Below, piece after piece: positions 22,527 to 34,335 of a stretch of DNA of 64,000 nt (its first letter is position 1; every line of letters begins with the position of its first letter). The notes under the pieces are model-generated. The model saw only the letters and a list, made by a program, of their open reading frames with translations, was not told the origin of the DNA and made no database searches. The DNA lies in the NCBI GenBank assembly GCA_043228905.1, contig JBHGNT010000011.1:6572001-6636000 (forward strand), written 5' to 3'. The translations under genes and the position numbers were made by a program. This DNA comes from Azolla caroliniana (taxonomy: Eukaryota; Plantae; Polypodiophyta).

Positions 22527-23406
22527 AGTTATCGCGTCTTCTATCAGCGTATCTGTTACCGCGTTCGCGTTGGTAGCGGTCGTCTCTCCGGAATCGATCC
22601 TCGTCCGGGTTCTGATTGCGCGGTTCTATGTGTCGAACCGGTGCTGGCTGCCGATTTAACAGGTTATATTCGCATCGGTCCGTTGTATGGGCTCGAGAGT
22701 TGCAGATCATACATTGTGTCCGCAGGGTGCAGTCTACTGTTGAGTGCCCCGAATTTAGGCATGTTGTGCATTGTAAGGCCTGTCGGAACCTCAGGTCTTC
22801 CTCCTTCGGGAGTGCCCGGTGTAACATCCCCATCGACAAGAAGGGGCTAGTCTTGTCCATTTCTAAAACCCGATCAATAACTTGGTCCATTGTGCTGGTT
22901 TGGAAATCAAGGACTCCGCACATTGTTCGAAGTGGCTCTTTCAGCGCGGCCAAAAAGACTGCTTTGGCTTCGTCTTCGGGTGGTGCTCTTGTCAGTTGGC
23001 TGTGCAGGGTCTGAAACCGAATGATGAATTGTGGCACAGTCTCGTTCTCTTCCTGCCGGGTGGTGTAGAACTGCCCGACCAATTCCGTTTGCTCAACTTG
23101 TCTGTGAAAAAGCCTGAGGAATCTGGCCTTCAAGGCATCGAATGTGGCAAAGCTGCCTGGTAAGTGCTTTGCGTGCCATCGGGCCGCCGGTCCTTCTAAG
23201 GTTATGCCGAATTCGGCGACTTTGGATCGTTCGGCTTCGGGCTCCGTCAGTCTTTGGGAGACATGGTTGGCTTCCCATGTTTGGAGGAATGCGTACACGT
23301 GTGCCTCCGCGTCGGGCTCATCCCGGTACTTTGGGTATGGGTACGGCATCGTGTCGTCCAACTGACTCTCCTGCTTTCTGTCCGCTGTTGGCGTCGGTGT
23401 GAGAAC

Positions 23407-23585
23407 CTTTGGTTCCTCCGCGGTTGGTGCCGGTATCCGCTCCTTCAGTTCCTCCGCGGGTGTTGCCGGTGTCCGGTCCTTTGGTTCCTCCGCGGGTGTT
23501 GTCGGTATCCGCTCCTTCGGTTCCTTCGCGGGTGTTGTCGGTATCCGCTCCTTCGGTTCCTTCGCGGGTGTTGTCGGTATCCGGT
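23407..23585 (-). repeat. 36-bp in-frame tandem repeat, five copies (ERIPTTPAKEPK); also at 26694-26872
   Basis: Visible in both the DNA and the translation. Confidence 0.9.
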
Positions 23586-23846
23586 CAGCCTCCCTCGGCG
23601 ATTGCCGGTCACCGAACTCCAAGGTTATTTCTTCCTCTGGCTCCGGTGTTACTGAGTCTTCCGACCCCTCTTCCCCCGGGTCGTTTGGTGTGTCGTGGCT
23701 GCTTTTATACCGGGACGCAACGCTTCTGTCGCTTTCCGACTCCACCTCAAGTGTTGCGAATGCTTCCGAGTCCCCGTCGCCCCCGGCGAGCGTCTGTAGT
23801 ATCGTTTCCGCCTCTTGCAGGCTTGTTATGCTACTGCCTTCGTTGG

Positions 23847-24136
23847 GGATTTGCAGAACCCGGAACTGCAGTGCTTCTTCTGCGACTCTCCGAAGAGTTT
23901 TGGAGAATGACCGATCCCGCCGGATCTCGTCGACGGCTTGCTGCAGGGCTTCCCGTCGTTGCTCGCGTTCGGTGTATCATCTCCCTCGTTCGGATTTGCA
24001 GAACCCGGAACTGCAGTGCTTCTTCTGCGACTCTCCGAAGAGTTTTGGAGAATGACCGATCCCGTCGGATCTCGTCGACGGCTTGCTGCAGTGCTTCCCA
24101 TCGTTGCTCGCGTTCGGTGTATCGTCTCCCTCGTTC
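23847..24136. repeat. 145-bp tandem duplication; also at 27134-27423
   Basis: GGATTTGCAGAACCCGG... begins at 23847 and again at 23992. Confidence 0.9.
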
Positions 24137-24658
24137 GGTGATGTGGTCGTCGTTTGGTCTAGACATCCATCCCCCGGTTGTCCTCTGCACTTTGCAGGAA
24201 TCGTGGTCGCCAAAATAGTGTTGTCTGCCTGGCCGGACTAGTCTCAATACAGGTGTCTATCCGACACTTCTCCAAAGGGGTGGTAAGGATTGGATGCTAG
24301 GTTACACGCGTAAGATGATTACAATTAAGCACAGACGGTAAACAATACGAAGATACAGATAAACACGCAATAATTACTTTTGTATTACTTCCGTCAAACC
24401 CTTTACAAATCATCGGATCCTTTTATAGGCATTCGGCAAGGTTACAATCGGTGCGCTTAGGCAACCGACATCTGAATCGGTCCGGATCCGGATCGGTACA
24501 ACTGTATCGGATCCGTCCCTCCGAATAATAATTCTACTATTATTTACTTCCTATTATCCGATCCAACTCCGCCTTCCCACTTGTCCTTGCTCTTCTGACC
24601 GGCCAACACATGGCACGCCCGTGGGAAAGTGCCTTGCACTTCGAATCCACTCCCGGCC

Positions 24659-25813
24659 TCATTCTTCCTCCAAAATATCGAGCACACTCTGCTCGATGGT
24701 GTCAAGTGGTGCTTCTTCCTCCTGTTCCTTGCCTGCCTGGTCTCCGACCTCCGGTTGGGTTGGCTGTTCCATAAAAATTTGCTTCTCCGGCTCTGCTTGA
24801 TTCTGTGGTGCCGGTGCTTCCTCACCGCTTCGTCCGGGTTCTTCCTGTTCTCCCTCTGTTCCAGGCTCTGTTCTGTTACCAGTGTCGCTTTCTCCGGTCT
24901 CGACTGGTCGGCTCGATACCCCTCCTTCCTCTGCTATGGTGTCTTCCGGTCTCAGCTCTTCTTCTTCTCCGGCATCGGTCTGCTCCTGCTCTTCTTCTTC
25001 TCCTTCGAACGGAAGTTCTTCTTCGGGTATTCCTCATCGGGGTTGTTCGGTGTCGGTTGGTTCAACTTCAGCCGGTCGCTCTCCCTCACTAATAGTGATT
25101 GGCGTCGTTCTTCCCTTAGCTTCCTGTCGTAACCGGTCCTGCTCGTATCTCTCCAACTCCAACTAAGTTGCGAGCTGCCCGTCATCCAACCTCTCTACCA
25201 ACCCTCGGATTTCTTTGAGATGTTCTTCCGCTAAAGCGTAGAAATCCTCCGACAATTCTTCCCGAATGGCGACGATACTTTCTTCATCCATCTTGTAGAA
25301 CTTGTCACCGGTCTTCCTCCGATTCTCGGCATCCGCTCGGAGTGTCTGCAACTCGGCTGCCTGTTGTGACCACTCCTTCCATAGCTTTTCCGTACTTTCG
25401 TTGATGCTTGCCTGAGCTCGGGTACTCCATCCTGACATGATGAGCTTGATCCGGTCAACCCCCGCCTTAGCATGCGCATAAGCTTCTTGCTTTTCCTTCC
25501 TTGCCCGTTTTATAATGTCGGCCATTATCTGATCCTGGGCCTCGTAATCCGCTTTCTGCTTTTCATAGGTACTTTGCAGTTTGCTGATTGTGAAGGTCGA
25601 TTTTTCCTTTTCTTCATTCCTGATCTTGGTCAGATCCAGCTTTTCCCGCCTTAGCGCCTCTAATTCCTTCCTTCTCTCTGTCGCTTGGGCTATTTCCGCC
25701 GAAATTTCGGTTCCCTTGTCACCTCTCTTCTCTGCGTCGTTCGTATTCCGGGGATTCGTCTCGGTCGTACCGGTCCTGGGGGTAGCTATCTCTGCGTCTC
25801 TCCTCTCGGTCAT
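24659..25813 (-). pseudogene. C-terminal half of the accessory ORF, C unit 2
   Basis: Translation identical to unit 1. Confidence 0.85.
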
Positions 25814-27453
25814 AGTTATCGCGTCTTCTATCAGCGTATCTGTTACCGCGTTCGCGTTGGTAGCGGTCGTCTCTCCGGAATCGATCCTCGTCCGGGTTCT
25901 GATTGCGCGGTTCTATGTGTCGAACCGGTGCTGGCTGCCGATTTAACAGGTTATATTCGCATCGGTCCGTTGTATGGGCTCGAGAGTTGCAGATCATACA
26001 TTGTGTCCGCAGGGTGCAGTCTACTGTTGAGTGCCCCGAATTTAGGCATGTTGTGCATTGTAAGGCCTGTCGGAACCTCAGGTCTTCCTCCTTCGGGAGT
26101 GCCCGGTGTAACATCCCCATCGACAAGAAGGGGCTAGTCTTGTCCATTTCTAAAACCCGATCAATAACTTGGTCCATTGTGCTGGTTTGGAAATCAAGGA
26201 CTCCGCACATTGTTCGAAGTGGCTCTTTCAGCGCGGCCAAAAAGACTGCTTTGGCTTCGTCTTCGGGTGGTGCTCTTGTCAGTTGGCTGTGCAGGGTCTG
26301 AAACCGAATGATGAATTGTGGCACAGTCTCGTTCTCTTCCTGCCGGGTGGTGTAGAACTGCCCGACCAATTCCGTTTGCTCAACTTGTCTGTGAAAAAGC
26401 CTGAGGAATCTGGCCTTCAAGGCATCGAATGTGGCAAAGCTGCCTGGTAAGTGCTTTGCGTGCCATCGGGCCGCCGGTCCTTCTAAGGTTATGCCGAATT
26501 CGGCGACTTTGGATCGTTCGGCTTCGGGCTCCGTCAGTCTTTGGGAGACATGGTTGGCTTCCCATGTTTGGAGGAATGCGTACACGTGTGCCTCCGCGTC
26601 GGGCTCATCCCGGTACTTTGGGTATGGGTACGGCATCGTGTCGTCCAACTGACTCTCCTGCTTTCTGTCCGCTGTTGGCGTCGGTGTGAGAACCTTTGGT
26701 TCCTCCGCGGTTGGTGCCGGTATCCGCTCCTTCAGTTCCTCCGCGGGTGTTGCCGGTGTCCGGTCCTTTGGTTCCTCCGCGGGTGTTGTCGGTATCCGCT
26801 CCTTCGGTTCCTTCGCGGGTGTTGTCGGTATCCGCTCCTTCGGTTCCTTCGCGGGTGTTGTCGGTATCCGGTCAGCCTCCCTCGGCGATTGCCGGTCACC
26901 GAACTCCAAGGTTATTTCTTCCTCTGGCTCCGGTGTTACTGAGTCTTCCGACCCCTCTTCCCCCGGGTCGTTTGGTGTGTCGTGGCTGCTTTTATACCGG
27001 GACGCAACGCTTCTGTCGCTTTCCGACTCCACCTCAAGTGTTGCGAATGCTTCCGAGTCCCCGTCGCCCCCGGCGAGCGTCTGTAGTATCGTTTCCGCCT
27101 CTTGCAGGCTTGTTATGCTACTGCCTTCGTTGGGGATTTGCAGAACCCGGAACTGCAGTGCTTCTTCTGCGACTCTCCGAAGAGTTTTGGAGAATGACCG
27201 ATCCCGCCGGATCTCGTCGACGGCTTGCTGCAGGGCTTCCCGTCGTTGCTCGCGTTCGGTGTATCATCTCCCTCGTTCGGATTTGCAGAACCCGGAACTG
27301 CAGTGCTTCTTCTGCGACTCTCCGAAGAGTTTTGGAGAATGACCGATCCCGTCGGATCTCGTCGACGGCTTGCTGCAGTGCTTCCCATCGTTGCTCGCGT
27401 TCGGTGTATCGTCTCCCTCGTTCGGTGATGTGGTCGTCGTTTGGTCTAGACAT
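25719..27453 (-). pseudogene. gag: gag of C unit 2
   Basis: Translation identical to unit 1. Confidence 0.9.
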
Positions 27454-30400
27454 CCATCCCCCGGTTGTCCTCTGCACTTTGCAGGAATCGTGGTCGCCAA
27501 AATAGTGTTGTCTGCCTGGCCGGACTAGTCTCAATACAGGTGTCTATCCGACACTTCTCCAAAGGGGTGGTAAGGATTGGATGCTAGGTTACACGCGTAA
27601 GATGATTACAATTAAGCACAGACGGTAAACAATACGAAGATACAGATAAACACGCAATAATTACTTTTGTATTACTTCCGTCAAACCCTTTACAAATCAT
27701 CGGATCCTTTTATAGGCATTCGGCAAGGTTACAATCGGTGCGCTTAGGCAACCGACATCTGAATCGGTCCGGATCCGGATCAGTACAACTGTACCGGATC
27801 CGTCCCTCCGAATAATAATTCTACTATTATTTACTTCCTATTATCCGATCTGACTCCGCCTTCCCACTTGTCCTTGCTCTTCTGACCGGCCAACAGAAAG
27901 TACCGCAGATACTGCTCCAGCGTTTGATTGGTTCGTTCGGCTTGGCCGTCGGTTTGTGGGTGGTAGCCGGAGGAGAGGTTACATGTGAACTTGAGCATGT
28001 TCAAAAGGTGCTTCCAGAATTTTGACACGAACTGGGGTCCACGGTCGCTGATGATACTATCGGGAAGTCCATGATGCCGACATACTTCACGCATGACAAT
28101 TTCGGCAGTGTCTTCACCGGAGATCTCCTTAGTACATGGCAAGAAATGAGCCATCTTCGTATATCGATCGACCACCGTTAGAATTGCATTGAACCCCTTA
28201 GAGACTGGAAGATCTGTGATGAAGTCTAGAGCAATGGATTGCCACGGCTTGCTTGGATTTGGTAATGGTTCTAATAAACCATATGGATGATGCCTTGGCA
28301 TTTTCGCTCTGCAGCATGTATCACAAGTCCAAACAAAATCCTCGACAAATTGTCGCATACAGGGCCACCAGAATGATCGTTGTACTAAATGTAGTGTTTT
28401 AGTACTACCAAAATGCCCAGCTGTATATGTGTCATGACAGTTTTGTACTACTTGAAGGCGGCAAGAACCATTAAGAACATACAAAAGTTCTTTAAAGAAG
28501 AGTAATCCATCATGGTATTTGAATTGCCGATAGTCCGTACCTGGTGGTTGCGACTGTGAACACGACGCTCAAGAGGGATCAATTTGTGCTAGTATAGCTT
28601 CTAGTATAGCTTGGGCGAACGCATCTATCTTCAAGTCTTCGCGTATGGTATCGATAACGCGGGAATCCATGGGCATGTCAAAGATCTTTGTTGCTTGTAG
28701 TTGTGCCGGTCCCAAGATGACTTGTTTTTGGTTATCGAAAGCTGGCTCGCCGGGACGGGATGCTAGGTACGAATGCCATGATAATGCATCGGCCTTCCCT
28801 TGGTGCTTCCCCGGACGATATGTAATTTTGAAGTCGAAACGCGTGAGGAAGTGGGCCCACCGAGCTTGACGTCGATTCAACACACGAGCATCCTGAAAGT
28901 AGGTAGGGTTCTTGTGGTCACTAAATACGGTGACCGGATGAGAGGATCCCTCCAGAAAATGCCTCCATTGCATAAAAGAATCCACTATTGCCAATAGCTC
29001 CTTATCATGAATTTCGTAGTTGATTTCGGCGGCGTCAAACTTGCGTGAGTGAAAAGCCATAGGATGTAGCTTCTCATCATTCCCCTGTTGTGATAGAATG
29101 CTCACCAATGCAAAATCCGAGCGTCAGCTTCGATAATAAATGATTTTTCTAGATCGACATGAGCTAGAATTGGAGCCTATGTAAATGCCTTTTTAAGACT
29201 CTCGAAAGCCACGTCCGTTTCTTCAGACCAAATGAATGGTTGTCCCTTCCTGGTAAGTTGTGTGAGAGGTAGAACGATCTTTGAGTAATCTTGTATGAAC
29301 TTCTGGTAAAAATTGGCAAAGCCTAGGAAGCATTGCACATCCCACACCGAACGTGGAGTCTGCCATTCTACCACTATTTTGACCTTAGCTGGGTCCATAG
29401 AGATGCCTTCTGACGAAATGATGTAGCCATATCTGGTGCGAAACACGGTCTTCCATTCGTCTCCTGGTCGGATCCGTACGAGGTTATATGCTCCCGTAAG
29501 TCGATCTTCGTGAAGAACCTGGCACCATTGATCCGTTCTAAAAGACTTGAGATAAGGGGAAGAGCATACCTATTCCTGATTGTAACCTTATTTAGGCCAC
29601 GGTAATCTACAACAAGACGAAGCGATCCATCCTTTTTCTTGACGAAGAAAATGGGCGCGCCGGCTGGAGATTTCGAATGCCGGATGAAACCATTTTCCAA
29701 ATTCTCCTCTATATAGGCCCAAAGGACTTCCAGCTCGGTTGGTGACAAATTGTAGATCGGTCCCCATGGCGGCTCTTTTCCCGGTTGTAAATCGATGGGG
29801 CAATCGTATGGTCGATGATGAGGAAGTGTGTTGGCTTGTACTTTATCGAACACATCGGCGTAATGACGATAATTCTTGGGAAGTTGAACGGTGGATCCTT
29901 CTTTAGTGGTGCTGGAGGGGTTTACTGATATTGCAAAGAGGAACATTTCCTCCTTGTGCCCTTCTTTACGCAACTGACGTAGCGAAATGGTTGCCATCTT
30001 CTGAGTTGACCCTTGGGTTTGTCGACACCGGATTTCTCTTGTTCTCCAATCTATGTCTGGGTTATGTAACTCGAACCACGGTAATCCTAAAACTATGGGA
30101 TGTTCTGGGATACTAATAATATTAAATGATACTACACATGCTAAGTTATCTAGGACAATATTAATGGGCTCTGACTCTTCTATGATATTTCCGGAAGCAA
30201 TGGGATGTCCATCAATGACTACTACAGAGGCTGGACACTGGAGTTTTCTTAGGGATATCTTATGAGCTTGAGCAAATTTCTTATCCATAAAGCAAGAGTT
30301 AGCTCCGGAATCTAGAAGTGCTAGGACATGTACTGGAGGGGTACTTTTAGTACTAACTATTACTTGGGCTATGAACACATCACTAACTTGCTTAGAGAGA

Positions 30401-30467
30401 ATGGAACCACTAAAGGGCTGCACAGATCTAGGGCTGTCCAACTAAACGGCTCCTATTTTGGCTGGAC

Positions 30468-31619
30468 TTAGTCGTTTAACTCTTCTTCTAACTGACTAAG
30501 GACATCAAATCTGTTTGCTAGATCTGGGCTATTAGTACTATTAGGACTATCAGATATCCCTACTGAAATAGGCTTGGTTTTAGTACAATTAGAACTAGCG
30601 ACTATTTGGTTTACCTGTCTTCTTGGCCTATGGGGGCAATTTATTGCAATATGTCCTGGTCCACCGCAGTAAAGACATAGTCGATTTGTACGGCGTCGTT
30701 GCTTTTCTTCTTCGGATAATGGCCCTCGACGACATGTAGTATCAATCTCCATCGGAGTTGGAGTATTCACTGGAGGCGCATTATATGACTCCCTCGGAAA
30801 AGGTCTTGCTACAAGTGAGGCGTAGGTGGGCTCTGATCTTGCCCTCGGCATCTGTAGTTGTCGTTCCGAACGTCGCTCAAAGAGGCGGTTTTCACATCTC
30901 ACCGCACGACTGATTGCTTCTGTTAAGGACTTTGGCTCTTCGGGGAAGGTCAAGAGTAAATACTTGACGTCGTTGCGTAAACCATAACGGAATTGCTCCA
31001 TCAACGCTTGATCATCCCAAGGGATATCAACGGCGAGTAGGCGAAAATCTGCAGCATATGCGGAGGCTGGACGATCACCTTGGTGTAATCGTCAAATTTT
31101 GTTGATTGCGGTCCTGATGCTGTCAGTATCTCCGAAACATGCTTTAAACTCACCTAGAAACTCTTCAAAATTGTTGAGTAACGGGGATTCCTTTTCTAAT
31201 AGTGGAGCAAACCATGCCAACGCTGAGCCACTTAACAAAGTGCCTACTAAACCCACTCGTGATGCATCGGTGGGATACCGGGAAGGATGCATTTGAATAA
31301 CTAATTGTATCTGGTTAAGGAACCCTCTAAACTGCGATCGCGTTCCATCGAACTTCATGGGAAGGCCAATCTTGGGTTCTTTATGAATCCCTTGTGTTCC
31401 GGGCCCTTGTTGTTGCATCGCTACGATGGTTGCTTCGAGTTGTTGCACGCGTAACGCAAGTTCCCCATGCTGTTGTTGCGTTTGCTGCTTTTCTAAGGAG
31501 ATTTGCTGAAGATCCCCCAGCAACCGTTGGTTTTCTTGTTCCAAGGCATGGAACTTCTCTTTCAAGCATTGAAATTCCGAGAAAACAGATTGATATTCTT
31601 CAGCGCTAACAGTGCCCAT
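30468..31619 (-). pseudogene. gag: gag of D
   Basis: Collinear with B gag; one in-frame TGA at 31092. Confidence 0.92.
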
Positions 31620-31678
31620 GGGATGAAAGAAAAGAGGAATAAGAGATTAGTAGGAAATGAGAGAGATAGAAGGTAGGA

Positions 31679-31690
31679 AAATCGGTTCAA
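31679..31690 (-). promoter_or_regulatory. Self-priming PBS of D
   Basis: Minus-strand TTGAACCGATTT is complementary to AAATCGGTTCAA in the LTR (31896-31907). Confidence 0.85.
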
Positions 31691-32614
31691 ACTGTCAGGA
31701 ACAGTACTAAGACAGAGAAGGAATTAGTACTAAAAGAAGTATTAGTACTAAGAGAGGTGAAGAACTCTCGAGAGAAGGAAAGAGTGAGTGAGAGGGAGGG
31801 AGAGAGAGATCGAGAGAGAGAGAGAGAGTGATGATAAGAAAAGATATATATTATGTGAAGAAAACGTACAGTAGCTAGGAGGCTTAAGACTGGCGTTGAA
31901 CCGATTTGGTTCGAAATAATGCCTTGTGCCTCCTTTTATAGTGTTCTAAGGAATACTCTTGAAGTTTCTAGAATGTTCTAGAGAAATCTGGAACATACAT
32001 CAATTTTCTATAATAAAACATAAATGAAAATAATATTCTATGTATTACAATGTATAGTCTAATGGTCAAGAGCTTAACCCATGTAGTATAAGGTCATGGG
32101 TTCGAGTCTTGCCATATCATGACACCAACCGCCCCAGCCTGCCAAGAACAAGCAGACAAGGGGCGGCGAGCCGAAACACACTCAGAGCCGGAACGGCAAA
32201 GTGGTCAGCTGGCAGAACCAGAAGCGCAGCTCGACGCAGTAAGGCGGGACCAGCCACCGGTGAGTGAACCCATCAGCCAACTCTCCGTGCAAGCGCAACA
32301 ACACTGCACCGGTAGCCAATGGCTCTGGTGGGTAGGAGAACAAATTGCCGGAGTAGTCAGATGCATAGAGGCGGAGGAAAGAGCGCAAACGGAACGGTTG
32401 CTCGTCACAACCGATGAACTAGAGACGGCCCGGTCAAGGATCTGGTGCCTCGAACAAGACTTGGATCGGATCACAGGAGATATGGCCAAAATGGCCTTAA
32501 CCGCAACGCAGATCCAAGCACCGGTGACTCCGGTTGATGTACAGAGGAATAAGACCCCGGAGACACAAACTGTCCCGGAGAAAGATGCGGCGCAAGCCCA
32601 CGAGAAATATTATA

Positions 32615-33030
32615 GATCATAGTACTAATGTAAGCTTAAGATAAGGATAAAGAAATGAAAGATAGAAAGGAGAAAGAGAAAGAAGGGTGCCGATCCACCC
32701 GACCACCCCCGAGCGAAGGGATCGAGACGAGTCCGATCGGCGTCCCATACCACCGCCGTGGCGTCGAGTCGTACCTGGTGCTGGCGCGCTCGCTACAAGA
32801 GTTGACCCACCACACGAGCAGAGTCTCGATGTAGTCAAAAGATGATCAAATGAGGGTAGCTAGGCCTCTTATTTATAGCGATACCCAAGGCCCCCAGGCA
32901 AGTTCACACTTGACCTAATGGGTTGTCTCAATCCCGAGGATTAAAAGTAATCCTCCCCTTCTTTACACTCTCATTTAACCCTCACACTTATCCACGTGTA
33001 TAGAATACTACGGTAAATTCTTACCACGGG
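32615..33030 (-). mobile_element. Unclassified 416-bp LTR-like insert
   Basis: Flanked by ATATTATA at 32607-32614 and 33031-33038; removing it restores the accessory reading frame; minus-strand TATAAATA near 32873. Confidence 0.6.
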
Positions 33031-34296
33031 ATATTATATGGGCATGTTATGGAATTACGAGATGAGCTTGCCGCACAAGAAGCATTACGGAGCGGCGGAA
33101 GAAGAATTAAAAAAGATTGCTGAGAACCTTCGTCGGGCAGAGGAAAACCTACGTAAAGGACATCACGCTTACGACCGGCTGAAGGAGGAAAAAGAGAAAT
33201 TGTTGCAGGAAAAAGACAAGCTACGAGGGATGGCGGAGACGGAAATCGAGAGGCTGAAGGAAGAGCTCCGTCAACAGAAGTACCGGGAGGACAGCATGCG
33301 TCGGTAGATCAACCAGCGGCTGAAGCAAAAGACCGATGATTTCGATCGTCTGCATCGGGACTCAAGCAGCAGGAATGGATGGCCGAGCTCCGGCAAGAAG
33401 TTGATAGGGCCACAACGGCACTCGCCGAAGAACGAGCGGAAAGTTCCAGGCTATTGGAGGAAGCGGCGAATGACCGGATGGAGCTCCACAAACAGAACCA
33501 TGAAGACAAGGAAAGAGCGACAATGGTACTACAGAGTTACAAACGACCTATCAAAATCAATTGTCGCATTATAGGGAGCAGGAGGCGGACACGGTTCGGA
33601 TCATCAAGCAATTGAAGGAAGAGCGACAAGCCGCAGAAAATAAATCATAGATGGGAGCCAAACGGATCTAGTGCATCCTCCGGTCATGGCTCACTAAGAC
33701 CAAAAGCTTGATTGATGACAACTCTGTGTTTTGGTGGGCGAAATGGGCGCAAAATACAACGGAACTCCAATTGCTTAGGGCGGACGTGGAAAACCGGCTA
33801 AAGGAGGGCGACGACTGTTATACGCTGACGTTGGAGGACTTCACCACCATAAGGGATGAGCTGGCCAAAGATTTCACAGCCCTGGCGGATGAACAACTGG
33901 TGCAGGTCCGGCAGCTCATAGCTCAACTGGACGATGATCGGCTGGAGGCTCAAATCCAGTTCGAAAGCTATGAGCGGTCCCGGGTCCGGGAAGAAAAAGC
34001 GAGAAAGGTGGCAACGGTCAACCTTAGTGATGAGGAACTGTTGCCGGTGCAAGGACCAGATGGGGAGTAGGCCGGGGTCAGTCAGCCACAGACAACTCCA
34101 ATGGAGGAACCAACGAAGGAAACGCCGGTGCCAGAGCAACAAACGGAGCCGCAACCCCAAACGGAGAAGCAGCCATAGCCACAAATGGAACAACAGCAGC
34201 AACCATAGTAGCAACAACAGATTCCCGACGAGCCATTGGAAATTTTGGAGCAAAGCATTCTAGACATTTTGGACGAAGCGTAAAAGGGCCGGATAA

Positions 34297-34335
34297 TGGG
34301 TTCGACGTACAAGGTACTGTCCCACGGGCGTGCCA
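34297..34335 (+). promoter_or_regulatory. tRNA 3'-end-like sequence in the PPT position of A (PBS on the opposite strand)
   Basis: TGGGTTCGA-hairpin-GTCCCACGGGCGTGCCA, then TG, then the LTR; conserved in C (21324-21363, 24611-24650), J (52004-52043) and H (36786-36796 plus 42126-42156). Confidence 0.8.

Larger units (their letters stand above)
22432..24166 (-). pseudogene. gag: gag of C unit 1, frameshifted by a 145-bp duplication
   Basis: Homologous to A gag (KYRDEPDAEAHV, two CCHC knuckles, RD-rich tail). Confidence 0.9.
20932..27895 (-). mobile_element. Element C: pol-less Gypsy derivative in tandem (LTR-int-LTR-int-LTR, 3287-bp period)
   Basis: One TSD GAAAG at 20927-20931 and 27896-27900; 390-bp LTRs at 20932-21321, 24219-24608 and 27506-27895; PBS at 24202-24212 and 27489-27499. 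Confidence 0.96.
20172..30470 (-). pseudogene. pol: Pol of D, split by C; RT core deleted
   Basis: Collinear with B pol; FRTRYG joins YIISS (about 255 nt including YLDD lost); chromodomain lacks VDWL. Confidence 0.92.
19748..32124 (-). mobile_element. Element D: decayed chromovirus related to B
   Basis: TSD CCAAC at 19743-19747 and 32125-32129; 432-bp LTRs 19748-20179 and 31693-32124 with about 7 differences; PPT at about 20180-20192. Confidence 0.96.
18718..34283 (+). pseudogene. Accessory ORF of A, about 900 aa when reassembled (18718-19747, 32130-32614, 33039-34283)
   Basis: Globular N-terminus, low-complexity linker, long coiled coil and acidic C-terminus ...EQSILDILDEA*; homologous ORFs in C, H and J. 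Confidence 0.8.

Noticed and set aside
19748-32124. Nested C looks older (about 10/390) than its host D (about 7/432); likewise E versus B
   Set aside because: The differences are within sampling noise for such small counts, and CG content differs between the LTRs.
34297-34335. A real tRNA gene or SINE
   Set aside because: Only a T-arm and acceptor 3' portion with encoded CCA is present. There is no D-arm, anticodon arm or A box.
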